NCBI GenBank assembly: GCA_964524145.1
Contig: CAZGCA010000018.1
Coordinates: 7,087 to 71,086 of the forward strand
Origin: an uncultured bacterium
GTDB lineage: Bacteria > Hydrogenedentota > CAZGCA01
Length of the DNA: 64,000 nt
Direction of reading: 5' to 3'
Below the pieces are notes generated by a model. That model saw only the letters and a list, made by a program, of their open reading frames with translations. It ran no database searches and was not told the origin of the DNA. Below, one piece after another: positions 17,373-25,680 of this stretch. Positions within the stretch are counted from its first letter, which is position 1. Each line of letters opens with the position of its first letter. The position numbers were made by a program, and so were the translations under genes.

Positions 17373-20300
17373 ATGAAGCGCACAGTTCCTCTCATTGTAG
17401 TAACTTGTTGTCTAACCGTCGTGATCGTCTCTGCGGGCAGGTTTGCCGCACAGGTAACGGGCGACGTGAATGGGGACGGTTCTGTCAACGCACTTGACGT
17501 CCAGCTCACTATCAACGGGGCGTTGGGGATCGATATCGGCGGCCGTGACGCCGACATCAATGACGACGGGGCAGTGAACGCGCTTGACGTGCAGTTGTGC
17601 ATCAACGCGGCGCTGGGGATTACGAACGGTGGTTTACCTCCCGACCCGAAAGACGTGGCTCCCGACGTAGACCCGACAGTCCCGACGGATCTTGCCGATG
17701 CGACCGAATTCATCTACACGGGAGATGACCCCATCCAGACCGATGTGTCTCCGGGTGCTATCGAACCGACACGTGTCGTGGTAGTGCGCGGCAGGGTGGT
17801 GACGGTCGAAGGTAACCCTCTGCCTGGAGTACAGATTACTATCCTGAATCACCCGGAATACGGTCAGACGCTGACACGCGCGGACGGCATGTTTGACATG
17901 GCGGTGAACGGCGATGTGTTGGTCACGGTCAACTACTGGAAAGAAGATTATCTGAGTGCTCAACGTCAGGTGGACGTACCGGTGCAGGACTATGTATGGT
18001 TACCTGATGTGGTGCTTACGGTACTCGATCCCGAAGTTACCGTGATCGACTTCTCGGAGCCCGTGCAGGTAGCACGCGGCAGCGCGGTCGAGGACGAGGA
18101 CGGGTCTCGTCGGGCGACCCTGCTCGTCCCTCAAGGGGCAGGAGCGAAGATGAAGCTTGCGACGGGAAAGCGAAAAGAGCTCGACACAATGAGCGTGCGG
18201 GCGACTGAATACACCGTTGGAGAGAGCGGTCCTGCAGCTATGCCTGCATTTCTGCCGCCCGAGAGCGGTTACACGTACTGTGTGGAATACAGCGTGGATG
18301 AAGCGATTGATGCCGGCGCCGTCACGGTGGAGTTCGACGAAGCCGTCATCCACTATGTCGAGAATTTCCTCGATTTCCCGGTCGGAGGCAAAGTGCCGAC
18401 CGGCTATTACGACCGGGAGAAGGCAGTCTGGGTAGCGTCTCAGAACGGTCAAGTTGTTCAAATCGTGAGCATCACGGGCGAGATGGCCGACCTGGACATC
18501 GACGGCGACGGCGCGCCCGACAACGCTACAGACCTTGCCGATCTAGGTATCACCGATGAGGAACGACGACAGCTGGCATCGATCTACCAGCCCGGCCAGA
18601 GCGTGTGGCGTGTGCCGCTCACCCACTTCACCCCTTGGGACTGCAACTGGCCGTACGGACCTCCGGCTGATGCTAACGCGCCCGATCCGCTTCCCCCGGA
18701 CGATCAACCGGAAGAAGACGACTGTGAAGAATCGTCCGGCGGCGATGACGGCGGAGGTGGCGACGGCGGCGGACGCGGCGGGAGCCGAGGTTCGGGTTTC
18801 CGAGGTAGCAGCCAGGAACTGATCCACCGGATCCCGATTGTCGGTACTCCGTTTGCACTGCATTACCAGAGTAGCCGAGTTCCCGGCAACAGGAAAGCTT
18901 ATTCGACCGACATCCCGCTCAGCGGCGAGACTGTTCCCGGCAGCCTCAAGGGCATCGAGCTGGAAGTTGGCATTGCGGGACAGCGATTCACCGATAGCTT
19001 TGGTGCTGAAGCCGGGCAGAACAGTAGTTACGAGTGGGACGGTAAAGATGGCTACGGCCGTGATTTGAAAGGATCGGGGCCGGCCGACATTGGCATAGGC
19101 TACGTCTACGACGGGGTTTACATGGAGCCGGCAGAGTTCGAGGACTCTTTCGGTCGATTAGGTGAAGAGACCATCGTCGGCCGCGGGACACGAGACGAAA
19201 TCGTTCTATGGACCCACAGCCAGAGGATGCTCGGGATATTGACGGTACCGGGACCGGAAGCGCTTGGCGGATGGACCCTGAACGTCCACCACACCTATGA
19301 CACCGAGGCGCAGGTGCTGTACCGAGGGGATGGGAAAATACGAAAGGTCGAGGGGGAGGATGCCTCGGCCATAACCATTTTCGCCGGTGATCCCACGCAG
19401 GGATACTCTTCGGGCGAAGCCGGTGACGGCGGGCCGGCCACCGAGGCGCTTTTTAAGTTGGCCTACGCCGTAGAACTGGGACCGGACGGCAGCCTCTACA
19501 TTGCCGATCCGGGGTCGTTTGTCAACAGGATTCGCCGTGTGGGCCCGGACGGAATCATCACCACGGTAGCGGGTAAGGGCGGACGAGACGGCTTCAGCGG
19601 CGACGGGGGTCCCGCTACCGAGGCGGAATTCGCTCTCCCAAGGGCAATTGCCGTGGCGGACGACGGCAGCTTCTACATCGCGGACAGTGGGAATCAGAGG
19701 ATACGTCGTGTGGGACCGGATGGGATAGTCACCACCGTGGCGGGTACCGGCGAAATGGGATTCAGCGGCGACGGCGGCCCGGCAACCGAAGCGCAACTTA
19801 TGTATCCTACCGATGTTGAAATCGGGCCCGACGGCCTTCTGTATATCGCCGATCTTCTCCGCGTGCGTCGGGTGAGTTCCGACGGGATAATCACCACGGT
19901 GGTTGGTAACGGCACGGATGACTATGCAGGAGACGGTTCGCTTGCGACCGAAACGGGTATGTTGGGCTTCGGCATCGAGGTAGGACCCGACGGGAGCATA
20001 TGGATTGCCAATACTCCCGAACATTGTGTATCCCGTGTGAATCCCGACGGTATCATCAACAGAGTGGCGGGTGCAGGTGACGGACTCGACGGCTTCAGTG
20101 GCGACGGAGGCCCTGCAACTTCTGCCAAGCTGAAGAATCCGTGGGACATCTCGCTTGGGCCGGACGGCAGCCTGTATATCGCCGACGCCGACAATCAGCG
20201 TATCCGGCGCGTGAATCTGATGGGGATCATTAGGACGGTGGCGGGTAACGGCGAAGAGATATTCCTCCCGGACGATTTCTTGCGCGGTATGGGCGGCCCG

Positions 20301-23300
20301 GCGACCGAGGCACCCCTCTATTTTCCCATAGACGTTGTGGTGGGCCCGGACGGCACTTTTTACATCGCAGACTTCTCGGTCGTCCGCAGGGTGGCGCGCG
20401 CGCGTCAACAGGCCGTGATCAGCGAGGATGGTACCGAAGTGTACGAGTTCGACATCCATGGTCGTCATCTGCGGACTCTGAACGCGCTGACGTGCACACC
20501 CATTTACGCATTCGACTATGATGATGACGGTCTCTTGGCTCAGATCGAAGATAGAGATGGTCGTGTGACCACCGTCCAACGGGACGGAAACGGCGGTCCG
20601 ACAGCCATTGTGGCCCCTCTGGGGCAGCGTACCACGTTCACCCTGGATGCACAGGGCTGGCTTGCCACCGTCACCGATCCTGCTGGCCAAACTTACGAGA
20701 TCACGTACGACGGCACCGGCCTCATGACCGGGCTGACCGATCCCGCGGGCAATGAGTATGGCCATGAGTACGACGAGCAAGGTCTTCTCGTGGGTATCGA
20801 TGCGCCGGGTGGCGGCGGCAAGACGCTCGCGCGTACAGCAACGGAGAACGGCTACGAGGTGACGGTGACGACTGCCATAGGCCGTACGACCACATACGGA
20901 GTCGAGCATCTCCCGACCGGCGAGAAGCACATGGTGACCACCTTTGGCTGTTGCGGACAGGCCGAGGCGCTCATCGACGCGGACGGCAACATCGAGATAA
21001 CCTACGCCGATGGAACGGTGGTGACCGAGATGCTGGGGCCGGATCCGCGATGGGGCATGCAGGCCCCAATGGCGACTGAATGGACTATGACCACGCCGGA
21101 CGGCGTGCAGTATGTGCATAACGCCGAACGAACGGCCACGATGTCGGACTCTACCGGTCCGTTGTGCGGGGCGGGTTTGGTGGAGACGGTCGTTGTCAAC
21201 GGCCATGCTTACAGTCGTACGTATGACGCGGACCAGAGACTCAGGGCGACCGAATCGCCTCTCGGCCGGCGTCAGTTCACGTGGCTGGACGAACAGGGAC
21301 ACGTGGCAAAACTCCAGATCGGGGGCCTGGAACCGGTTGAATATGCCTACGACAGCAACGGGCGGCTTCAGACAGTAACAAATGCTCCCGGCCCCGATGC
21401 CCGGGTCTACCAGCTGAGCTACGATGCGAACGGATACCTTGAAAGTGTTACAGACCCGATGCAACGTACGGTCAGCTTCGGGTACGACTTCGCGGGTCGC
21501 GTGACTCGCCAGGTCAGCCCGGACGGCCGCGAGACACTGTACACCTACGACGAGAACGGGAATGTGACTTCGGTGACCCCGCCGGGCCGTCCATCGCACC
21601 AGTATGCGTACACGGCGACAGACCAGCAGGAGGACTACGTTCCTCCCGCCGTCGGTGCGGGCGCCACCCTGACCCATTATGACTACAACGTGGACGGTCA
21701 GATCGAGCTGGTCACGCGCCCGGACGGACAGACAGTCGACTTCGAATACAACGCGGCCGGACTCCTGGATCATATCGTCATGCCTCGTGGACAGGTCGAT
21801 TTCGCCTACGGGCCGGCCACGGGACAGGTCACCTCGGTCACGACACCGGAGGGAGACATCATATCGTTCGGCTGGGACGGCATTCTGCTCAAAGAAACAA
21901 GCTGGTCGGGAGACGTTGTGGGAAGTGTGGCCCGTACCTATAACAACGACTTGCGAGTTGCCGCTCTCAGCATAGATGATACGCACAGCATAGCGTTCGG
22001 CTATGATGACGACGGCCTGCTGGTCGGAGCAGGAGACATAACCCTGACACGCGACGCGCAGAACGGCTTTGTTGTAAGCACGACGCTCGACCAGATCGCC
22101 ACCATGCGAGGATACGACGGCTTCGGCCAGCTTACAGGCTATCGGGCCGAGTTCAGCGGCGCTCCGATATTCGAGACGGCCTACGTTCGGGACGCCATCA
22201 ACCGGATCACACAGAAGACCGAGACTATCGACGGTGTAACCACGGTTTACAGCTACGTTTATGATCAGGCTGGTCGGCTGACGGAGACCCTTCGGGACGG
22301 CGTGACCGCATCCATATACACGTACGACGATAACGGCAATCGCGCAACCCACACCGACGAGGATGCCGTGGTGACGACGGGTAGCTACGACAACCAGGAC
22401 CGCATGGTTCAGTACGGAAACACCACGTATACCTACACCGATAATGGCGAGCTGTTGACGAAGACCGAGACGGGCCAAGTCACGCACTACGACTACGACG
22501 TGATGGGTAACCTCCAAGCCGTCACCCTACCCGACGGGACACAGATTGACTACGTCATCGACGGACGTAATCGGAGGGTCGGCAAATCGGTTAACGGTTC
22601 ATTGGTTCAGGGCTTCCTTTATGTGGACAACCTCAACCCCGTAGCCGAGTTCGACGGCGCCAACAACGTCGTGAGCCTGTTCGTGTATGCCGGTCGTCCC
22701 AATGTGCCAGACTATATCGTCTCGAGAAAGGCGGATGGTGTTACGTGGGTCGCGTACCGGCTTGTCTGCGACCACCTGGGCAGTCCCCGGCTGGCTGTAG
22801 ATGCTGCAACCGGCCAGGTTGCGCAGCGTCTGGACTACGATGAATTCGGGAACGTCACTGACGACACCAATCCGGGGTTCCAACCATTTGGCTTTGCGGG
22901 AGGTCTCTACGACCGGCACACAGGACTTACCCGGTTTGGAGCCAGAGACTATGACGCCGCGACGGGACGGTGGACGGCAAAAGACCCGATCGGTTTCTCA
23001 GGAGGGGATACGAACCATTACGGCTACGTCTTGGGAGACCCGATTAACAGTATGGATAGCAGCGGCCGGCAAGCATCCGGGCCAGTCTGCAAAATCGAAG
23101 TTACGGTCGATCCCCCCGACCCGACAACAGAAGAAGGTTACGAGTACAAAGGAACGAGGGTTACCGTGGATGGAGAAGTGGTGTCGGGCAAGGATGTCCA
23201 TTTCCCGAGTGAAGGAGCCGCAAAAGTCCACTCGGTGACAATAATAGACAATCATCAGTTGGCGCACGACATCAAGATTACCCACATATACGGCAAGCCG

Positions 23301-23330
23301 GAGATCGTAATCGATTTCACAAGGAGATGA
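17373..23330 (+). CDS. Teneurin-like NHL/YD-repeat (Rhs) protein with N-terminal dockerin and short C-terminal payload
   Basis: Signal peptide; dockerin GDVNGDGSVNALDVQL..; carboxypeptidase-regulatory-like domain; FN-plug-like region; repeated GPDG..YIAD..RIRRV..GII.TVAG NHL blades; YD repeats; Rhs core PFGFAGGLYD..RFGARDYD...GRWTAKDPIG..YGYVLGDPINSMDSSG. Confidence 0.9.
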   Translation: MKRTVPLIVVTCCLTVVIVSAGRFAAQVTGDVNGDGSVNALDVQLTINGALGIDIGGRDADINDDGAVNALDVQLCINAALGITNGGLPPDPKDVAPDVDPTVPTDLADATEFIYTGDDPIQTDVSPGAIEPTRVVVVRGRVVTVEGNPLPGVQITILNHPEYGQTLTRADGMFDMAVNGDVLVTVNYWKEDYLSAQRQVDVPVQDYVWLPDVVLTVLDPEVTVIDFSEPVQVARGSAVEDEDGSRRATLLVPQGAGAKMKLATGKRKELDTMSVRATEYTVGESGPAAMPAFLPPESGYTYCVEYSVDEAIDAGAVTVEFDEAVIHYVENFLDFPVGGKVPTGYYDREKAVWVASQNGQVVQIVSITGEMADLDIDGDGAPDNATDLADLGITDEERRQLASIYQPGQSVWRVPLTHFTPWDCNWPYGPPADANAPDPLPPDDQPEEDDCEESSGGDDGGGGDGGGRGGSRGSGFRGSSQELIHRIPIVGTPFALHYQSSRVPGNRKAYSTDIPLSGETVPGSLKGIELEVGIAGQRFTDSFGAEAGQNSSYEWDGKDGYGRDLKGSGPADIGIGYVYDGVYMEPAEFEDSFGRLGEETIVGRGTRDEIVLWTHSQRMLGILTVPGPEALGGWTLNVHHTYDTEAQVLYRGDGKIRKVEGEDASAITIFAGDPTQGYSSGEAGDGGPATEALFKLAYAVELGPDGSLYIADPGSFVNRIRRVGPDGIITTVAGKGGRDGFSGDGGPATEAEFALPRAIAVADDGSFYIADSGNQRIRRVGPDGIVTTVAGTGEMGFSGDGGPATEAQLMYPTDVEIGPDGLLYIADLLRVRRVSSDGIITTVVGNGTDDYAGDGSLATETGMLGFGIEVGPDGSIWIANTPEHCVSRVNPDGIINRVAGAGDGLDGFSGDGGPATSAKLKNPWDISLGPDGSLYIADADNQRIRRVNLMGIIRTVAGNGEEIFLPDDFLRGMGGPATEAPLYFPIDVVVGPDGTFYIADFSVVRRVARARQQAVISEDGTEVYEFDIHGRHLRTLNALTCTPIYAFDYDDDGLLAQIEDRDGRVTTVQRDGNGGPTAIVAPLGQRTTFTLDAQGWLATVTDPAGQTYEITYDGTGLMTGLTDPAGNEYGHEYDEQGLLVGIDAPGGGGKTLARTATENGYEVTVTTAIGRTTTYGVEHLPTGEKHMVTTFGCCGQAEALIDADGNIEITYADGTVVTEMLGPDPRWGMQAPMATEWTMTTPDGVQYVHNAERTATMSDSTGPLCGAGLVETVVVNGHAYSRTYDADQRLRATESPLGRRQFTWLDEQGHVAKLQIGGLEPVEYAYDSNGRLQTVTNAPGPDARVYQLSYDANGYLESVTDPMQRTVSFGYDFAGRVTRQVSPDGRETLYTYDENGNVTSVTPPGRPSHQYAYTATDQQEDYVPPAVGAGATLTHYDYNVDGQIELVTRPDGQTVDFEYNAAGLLDHIVMPRGQVDFAYGPATGQVTSVTTPEGDIISFGWDGILLKETSWSGDVVGSVARTYNNDLRVAALSIDDTHSIAFGYDDDGLLVGAGDITLTRDAQNGFVVSTTLDQIATMRGYDGFGQLTGYRAEFSGAPIFETAYVRDAINRITQKTETIDGVTTVYSYVYDQAGRLTETLRDGVTASIYTYDDNGNRATHTDEDAVVTTGSYDNQDRMVQYGNTTYTYTDNGELLTKTETGQVTHYDYDVMGNLQAVTLPDGTQIDYVIDGRNRRVGKSVNGSLVQGFLYVDNLNPVAEFDGANNVVSLFVYAGRPNVPDYIVSRKADGVTWVAYRLVCDHLGSPRLAVDAATGQVAQRLDYDEFGNVTDDTNPGFQPFGFAGGLYDRHTGLTRFGARDYDAATGRWTAKDPIGFSGGDTNHYGYVLGDPINSMDSSGRQASGPVCKIEVTVDPPDPTTEEGYEYKGTRVTVDGEVVSGKDVHFPSEGAAKVHSVTIIDNHQLAHDIKITHIYGKPEIVIDFTRR

Positions 23331-23620
23331 AACCCGCCGCGGGGTCTATCGCGACCGTGGCCGGGGGACGGAGAGTCGTCCTTCCATAGCCAATTGGCCA
23401 TCGTCAGTCGTGCGGTCGGCTGACCTCGATCACAGTTGGCACAAGTGGGGTTCTGGGAAGAGGAGAGGCAGCGCTTCGGGGCCGGAACCTATCAGCTACT
23501 CCCCTTGAGGTGCCATCCTGCAACGGGATGGTCGGTACAGTGTTCATCGAGGAACGTGCCGCTTTCTTTTTCAATGGACGTGGGCCGCCTCAAAGAGGGT
23601 CCATCACAACAGAATCGGCG

Positions 23621-23649
23621 TTGACAGAATCGGCACGGGCGACTACAAT
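23621..23649 (+). promoter_or_regulatory. sigma70 promoter of the DUF1080 gene
   Basis: TTGACA-N17-TACAAT. Confidence 0.7.
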
Positions 23650-23726
23650 GCCAGGAGATGAGCCTGCGGCGGTCGCAGGCGGGTCTATGTGGGAAACCTC
23701 GGATAGCATCACAGGAGAAACGAAAC

Positions 23727-24416
23727 ATGAAGCGCATGCTCAGCCTCTTGATCGCTTTCGGCTTCGTGTCGTTGGGAAGTATGGCCGAGGGTTCGGAGAC
23801 GAAACCCGCCGCGGGCAGTGAGTCCAAGCCCACCGAGGCGCAGGACAGCGAGACCATTGCCCTGTTCAACGGGAAGAGTTTCGACGGCTGGCAAATGCAT
23901 CTAAAGGATTCGGATGTCGATCCGAAGGACGTATGGGAGATCCGGGACGGCGCGATATGGTGCAAAGGGGAGCCCTTCGGCTATATGCGCACGAAGAAAG
24001 AGTACAGCGATTTCAAACTCGTCGTTGAATGGCGATGGCCTGAGAAGCCCAGCAACAGCGGTGTCTTGCTGCGGATTAGTGGCGAAGACAAAGTCTGGCC
24101 ACTCTGCATGGAAGCGCAGCTTATGCACAGACGTGCCGGCGATTTCGTCGGAATGGGCTGCTCATTCAATGAGAACACGAGTCCCGAGGGCGAGTTGTTC
24201 CGCTACGCGCCGCGCCAACACCGCACCAACGAAAAGAAACCCGGCGCCTGGAACACGTACGAGATCACCTGCAAAGGCGATACCGTCGAGTTGACCGTCA
24301 ACGGCCAACACCAGAACAAGGCGACCGGTGTGAGCGTTCGCCGGGGGTACATCGGTCTCCAGAGCGAAGGCTCCCCTATCATGTTTAGGAACGTCAAGCT
24401 GACGCCTCTCCGCTGA
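23727..24416 (+). CDS. Secreted DUF1080 (3-keto-disaccharide hydrolase family) protein
   Basis: Signal peptide; LFNGKSFDGW, YSDFKLVVEWRW, NSGV, GAWNTYEI, GYIGLQSEG..FRNVKL. Confidence 0.92.
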   Translation: MKRMLSLLIAFGFVSLGSMAEGSETKPAAGSESKPTEAQDSETIALFNGKSFDGWQMHLKDSDVDPKDVWEIRDGAIWCKGEPFGYMRTKKEYSDFKLVVEWRWPEKPSNSGVLLRISGEDKVWPLCMEAQLMHRRAGDFVGMGCSFNENTSPEGELFRYAPRQHRTNEKKPGAWNTYEITCKGDTVELTVNGQHQNKATGVSVRRGYIGLQSEGSPIMFRNVKLTPLR

Positions 24417-24427
24417 ACTCGATACGG

Positions 24428-24556
24428 ATTCCCGCCGAAGGGTGCGCTGCAGGGAAGGTTCCCAATCTTGACGACCAACCCACCGAGTAGTACGAACTGC
24501 GCGGTTGGAATAAGGACGGGAAGCCGACGAAAGAGAAGCCTGAAGAACCCGCTCTC
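24428..24556 (+). pseudogene. C-terminal remnant of an aldehyde:ferredoxin oxidoreductase
   Basis: Hand translation IPAEGCAAGKVPNLDDQPTE*YELRGWNKDGKPTKEKPEEPAL matches the AOR tail EYYxLRGWDxxGxPTxEKL. Confidence 0.6.
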
Positions 24557-24645
24557 CATGACTCTGCAGCCAGGCTCTATTGAGCCGCGACATATGCACT
24601 TCGGTTTTCGGTGTCGTGAATGAGTAGTAACAGAAGACATACAAA

Positions 24646-24935
24646 CCATATGTGCGCATGTTGCCAATTAGGGGAGAGACGCAACCTATTGTTGAACCGA
24701 TGGTTCCAGAGCTACGGCAACGCAGCAGCCATTTCGCAAGTGCACAATAAGTGCCAAGATCACCCGGAATTCAGGGCGTTTTCGGCGGGTTATGCATTCA
24801 CAATTATCCGGATTAGGACAGGCCGCGGGCGCACGCGATGTGACGCTCTGGTTGAAGTCAGAACCTTAGTCCTCGTCGCTCTAGATCTCGATGCCAAGCG
24901 CGGCGTTTATGACGAGTTGGACATCGAGCGCGTTA
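24646..24935. repeat. Intergenic repeat family copy 3, ending in an orphan dockerin C-terminus on the minus strand
   Basis: Colinear with 7299-7590 over its full length; 24934-24881 encodes VNALDVQLVINAALGIEI*. Confidence 0.85.
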
Positions 24936-25189
24936 ACGAAGCGGTCCCACTACATCCGGAGCACGGCTTTTCTGAGATCGAACGGGTCGTTCCCGATCAT
25001 TGTCCAGTAGAAATGCGTGATGCAGCCGGACCCGTTGACCTCCAGCAGAACCGCAGTCTTGTGCGGGCCAATCGAACACCAGTCTCTGTTAGCGCCTGTC
25101 TTGTCCCAACTCGACACTCGCCGTGACCGCGCGTCCTTCACTACGAATAGGTTCCTAAACGGGCTGTTGTCTAGCGTTCCGAATCCCAT
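24881..25189 (-). pseudogene. DUF2961 (GH172-like) N-terminal fragment fused in frame to a dockerin half-repeat
   Basis: RSRRVSSWDKTGANRDW..GSGCITHFYWT..LRKAVLRM*WD (family motif VLRMYWD) continues in frame as RFVNALDVQLVINAALGIEI*. Confidence 0.75.
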
Positions 25190-25315
25190 TCTTTGAACTC
25201 CCGATGTCTCTCGGTTGCTTGCCTGCGAGCAGACTCATCTCCCCTTCCACGGGGCGGTCCAGTTATCGACCCTGGCGAAAACTTCATCAACCAGCGTTAA
25301 GCTGCTGTGCGTGCA

Positions 25316-25483
25316 TCACAGGTCCCTTCTGGGACAACCCCCGTTTGTGTCCGGGTCGGGCTTGCCCTTGTGTATTACCTGCAGATACTGCTCGCTCACC
25401 GGACCGCACTTCATCGAACGGATATTGCGCATTTTCGCCAGTACGGCACCCCTACGCATTTCCACGTCAGCTATTGTTTTCAT
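25316..25483 (-). pseudogene. DUF6788-like IS accessory gene remnant
   Basis: MKTIADVEMRRGAVLAKMRNIRSMKCGPVSEQYLQVIHKGK resembles small ORFs found next to ISKra4/ISAzo13-type transposases; truncated. Confidence 0.4.
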
Positions 25484-25603
25484 CACCGTATTCCTCTTAT
25501 CCTGCCACGCCGACTGTATGTGCCTGCATACAACATCATACCCACAAGAAAAGGCAGACCGGAAAGCCCTCCTTTTCTGACGCAGGCCCTCTTGACAAGA
25601 GCA

Positions 25604-25632
25604 TTGCTTTTTGTTGCCCAATATGCTAGACT
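25604..25632 (+). promoter_or_regulatory. sigma70 promoter of the six-gene operon
   Basis: TTGCTT-N17-TAGACT with TG extension; an additional TTGACA at 25592. Confidence 0.55.
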
Positions 25633-25680
25633 TATCTTAGCGGGGGCACTGGCGAGAGGGTCACCCCGTCCCTGCCATGC

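Noticed and set aside
19206-22517. 1103-aa ORF antisense to the Rhs gene, and other long antisense ORFs (e.g. 28172-29662, 29984-31366, 46480-47976, 51326-52483)
   Set aside because: They lie fully opposite well-supported genes, show no recognisable domains, and are expected shadows of biased codon usage at high GC.
7299-24935. CRISPR array or diversity-generating retroelement
   Set aside because: No short regularly spaced repeats, no cas genes, no reverse transcriptase, and no adenine-specific TR/VR pair was seen.
24488-24952. In-frame TAG at conserved Tyr positions in two fragments (AOR E*Y; DUF2961 M*WD), hinting at amber recoding
   Set aside because: Many intact genes here end in TAG, both fragments are also truncated, and TAC-to-TAG is a single substitution.
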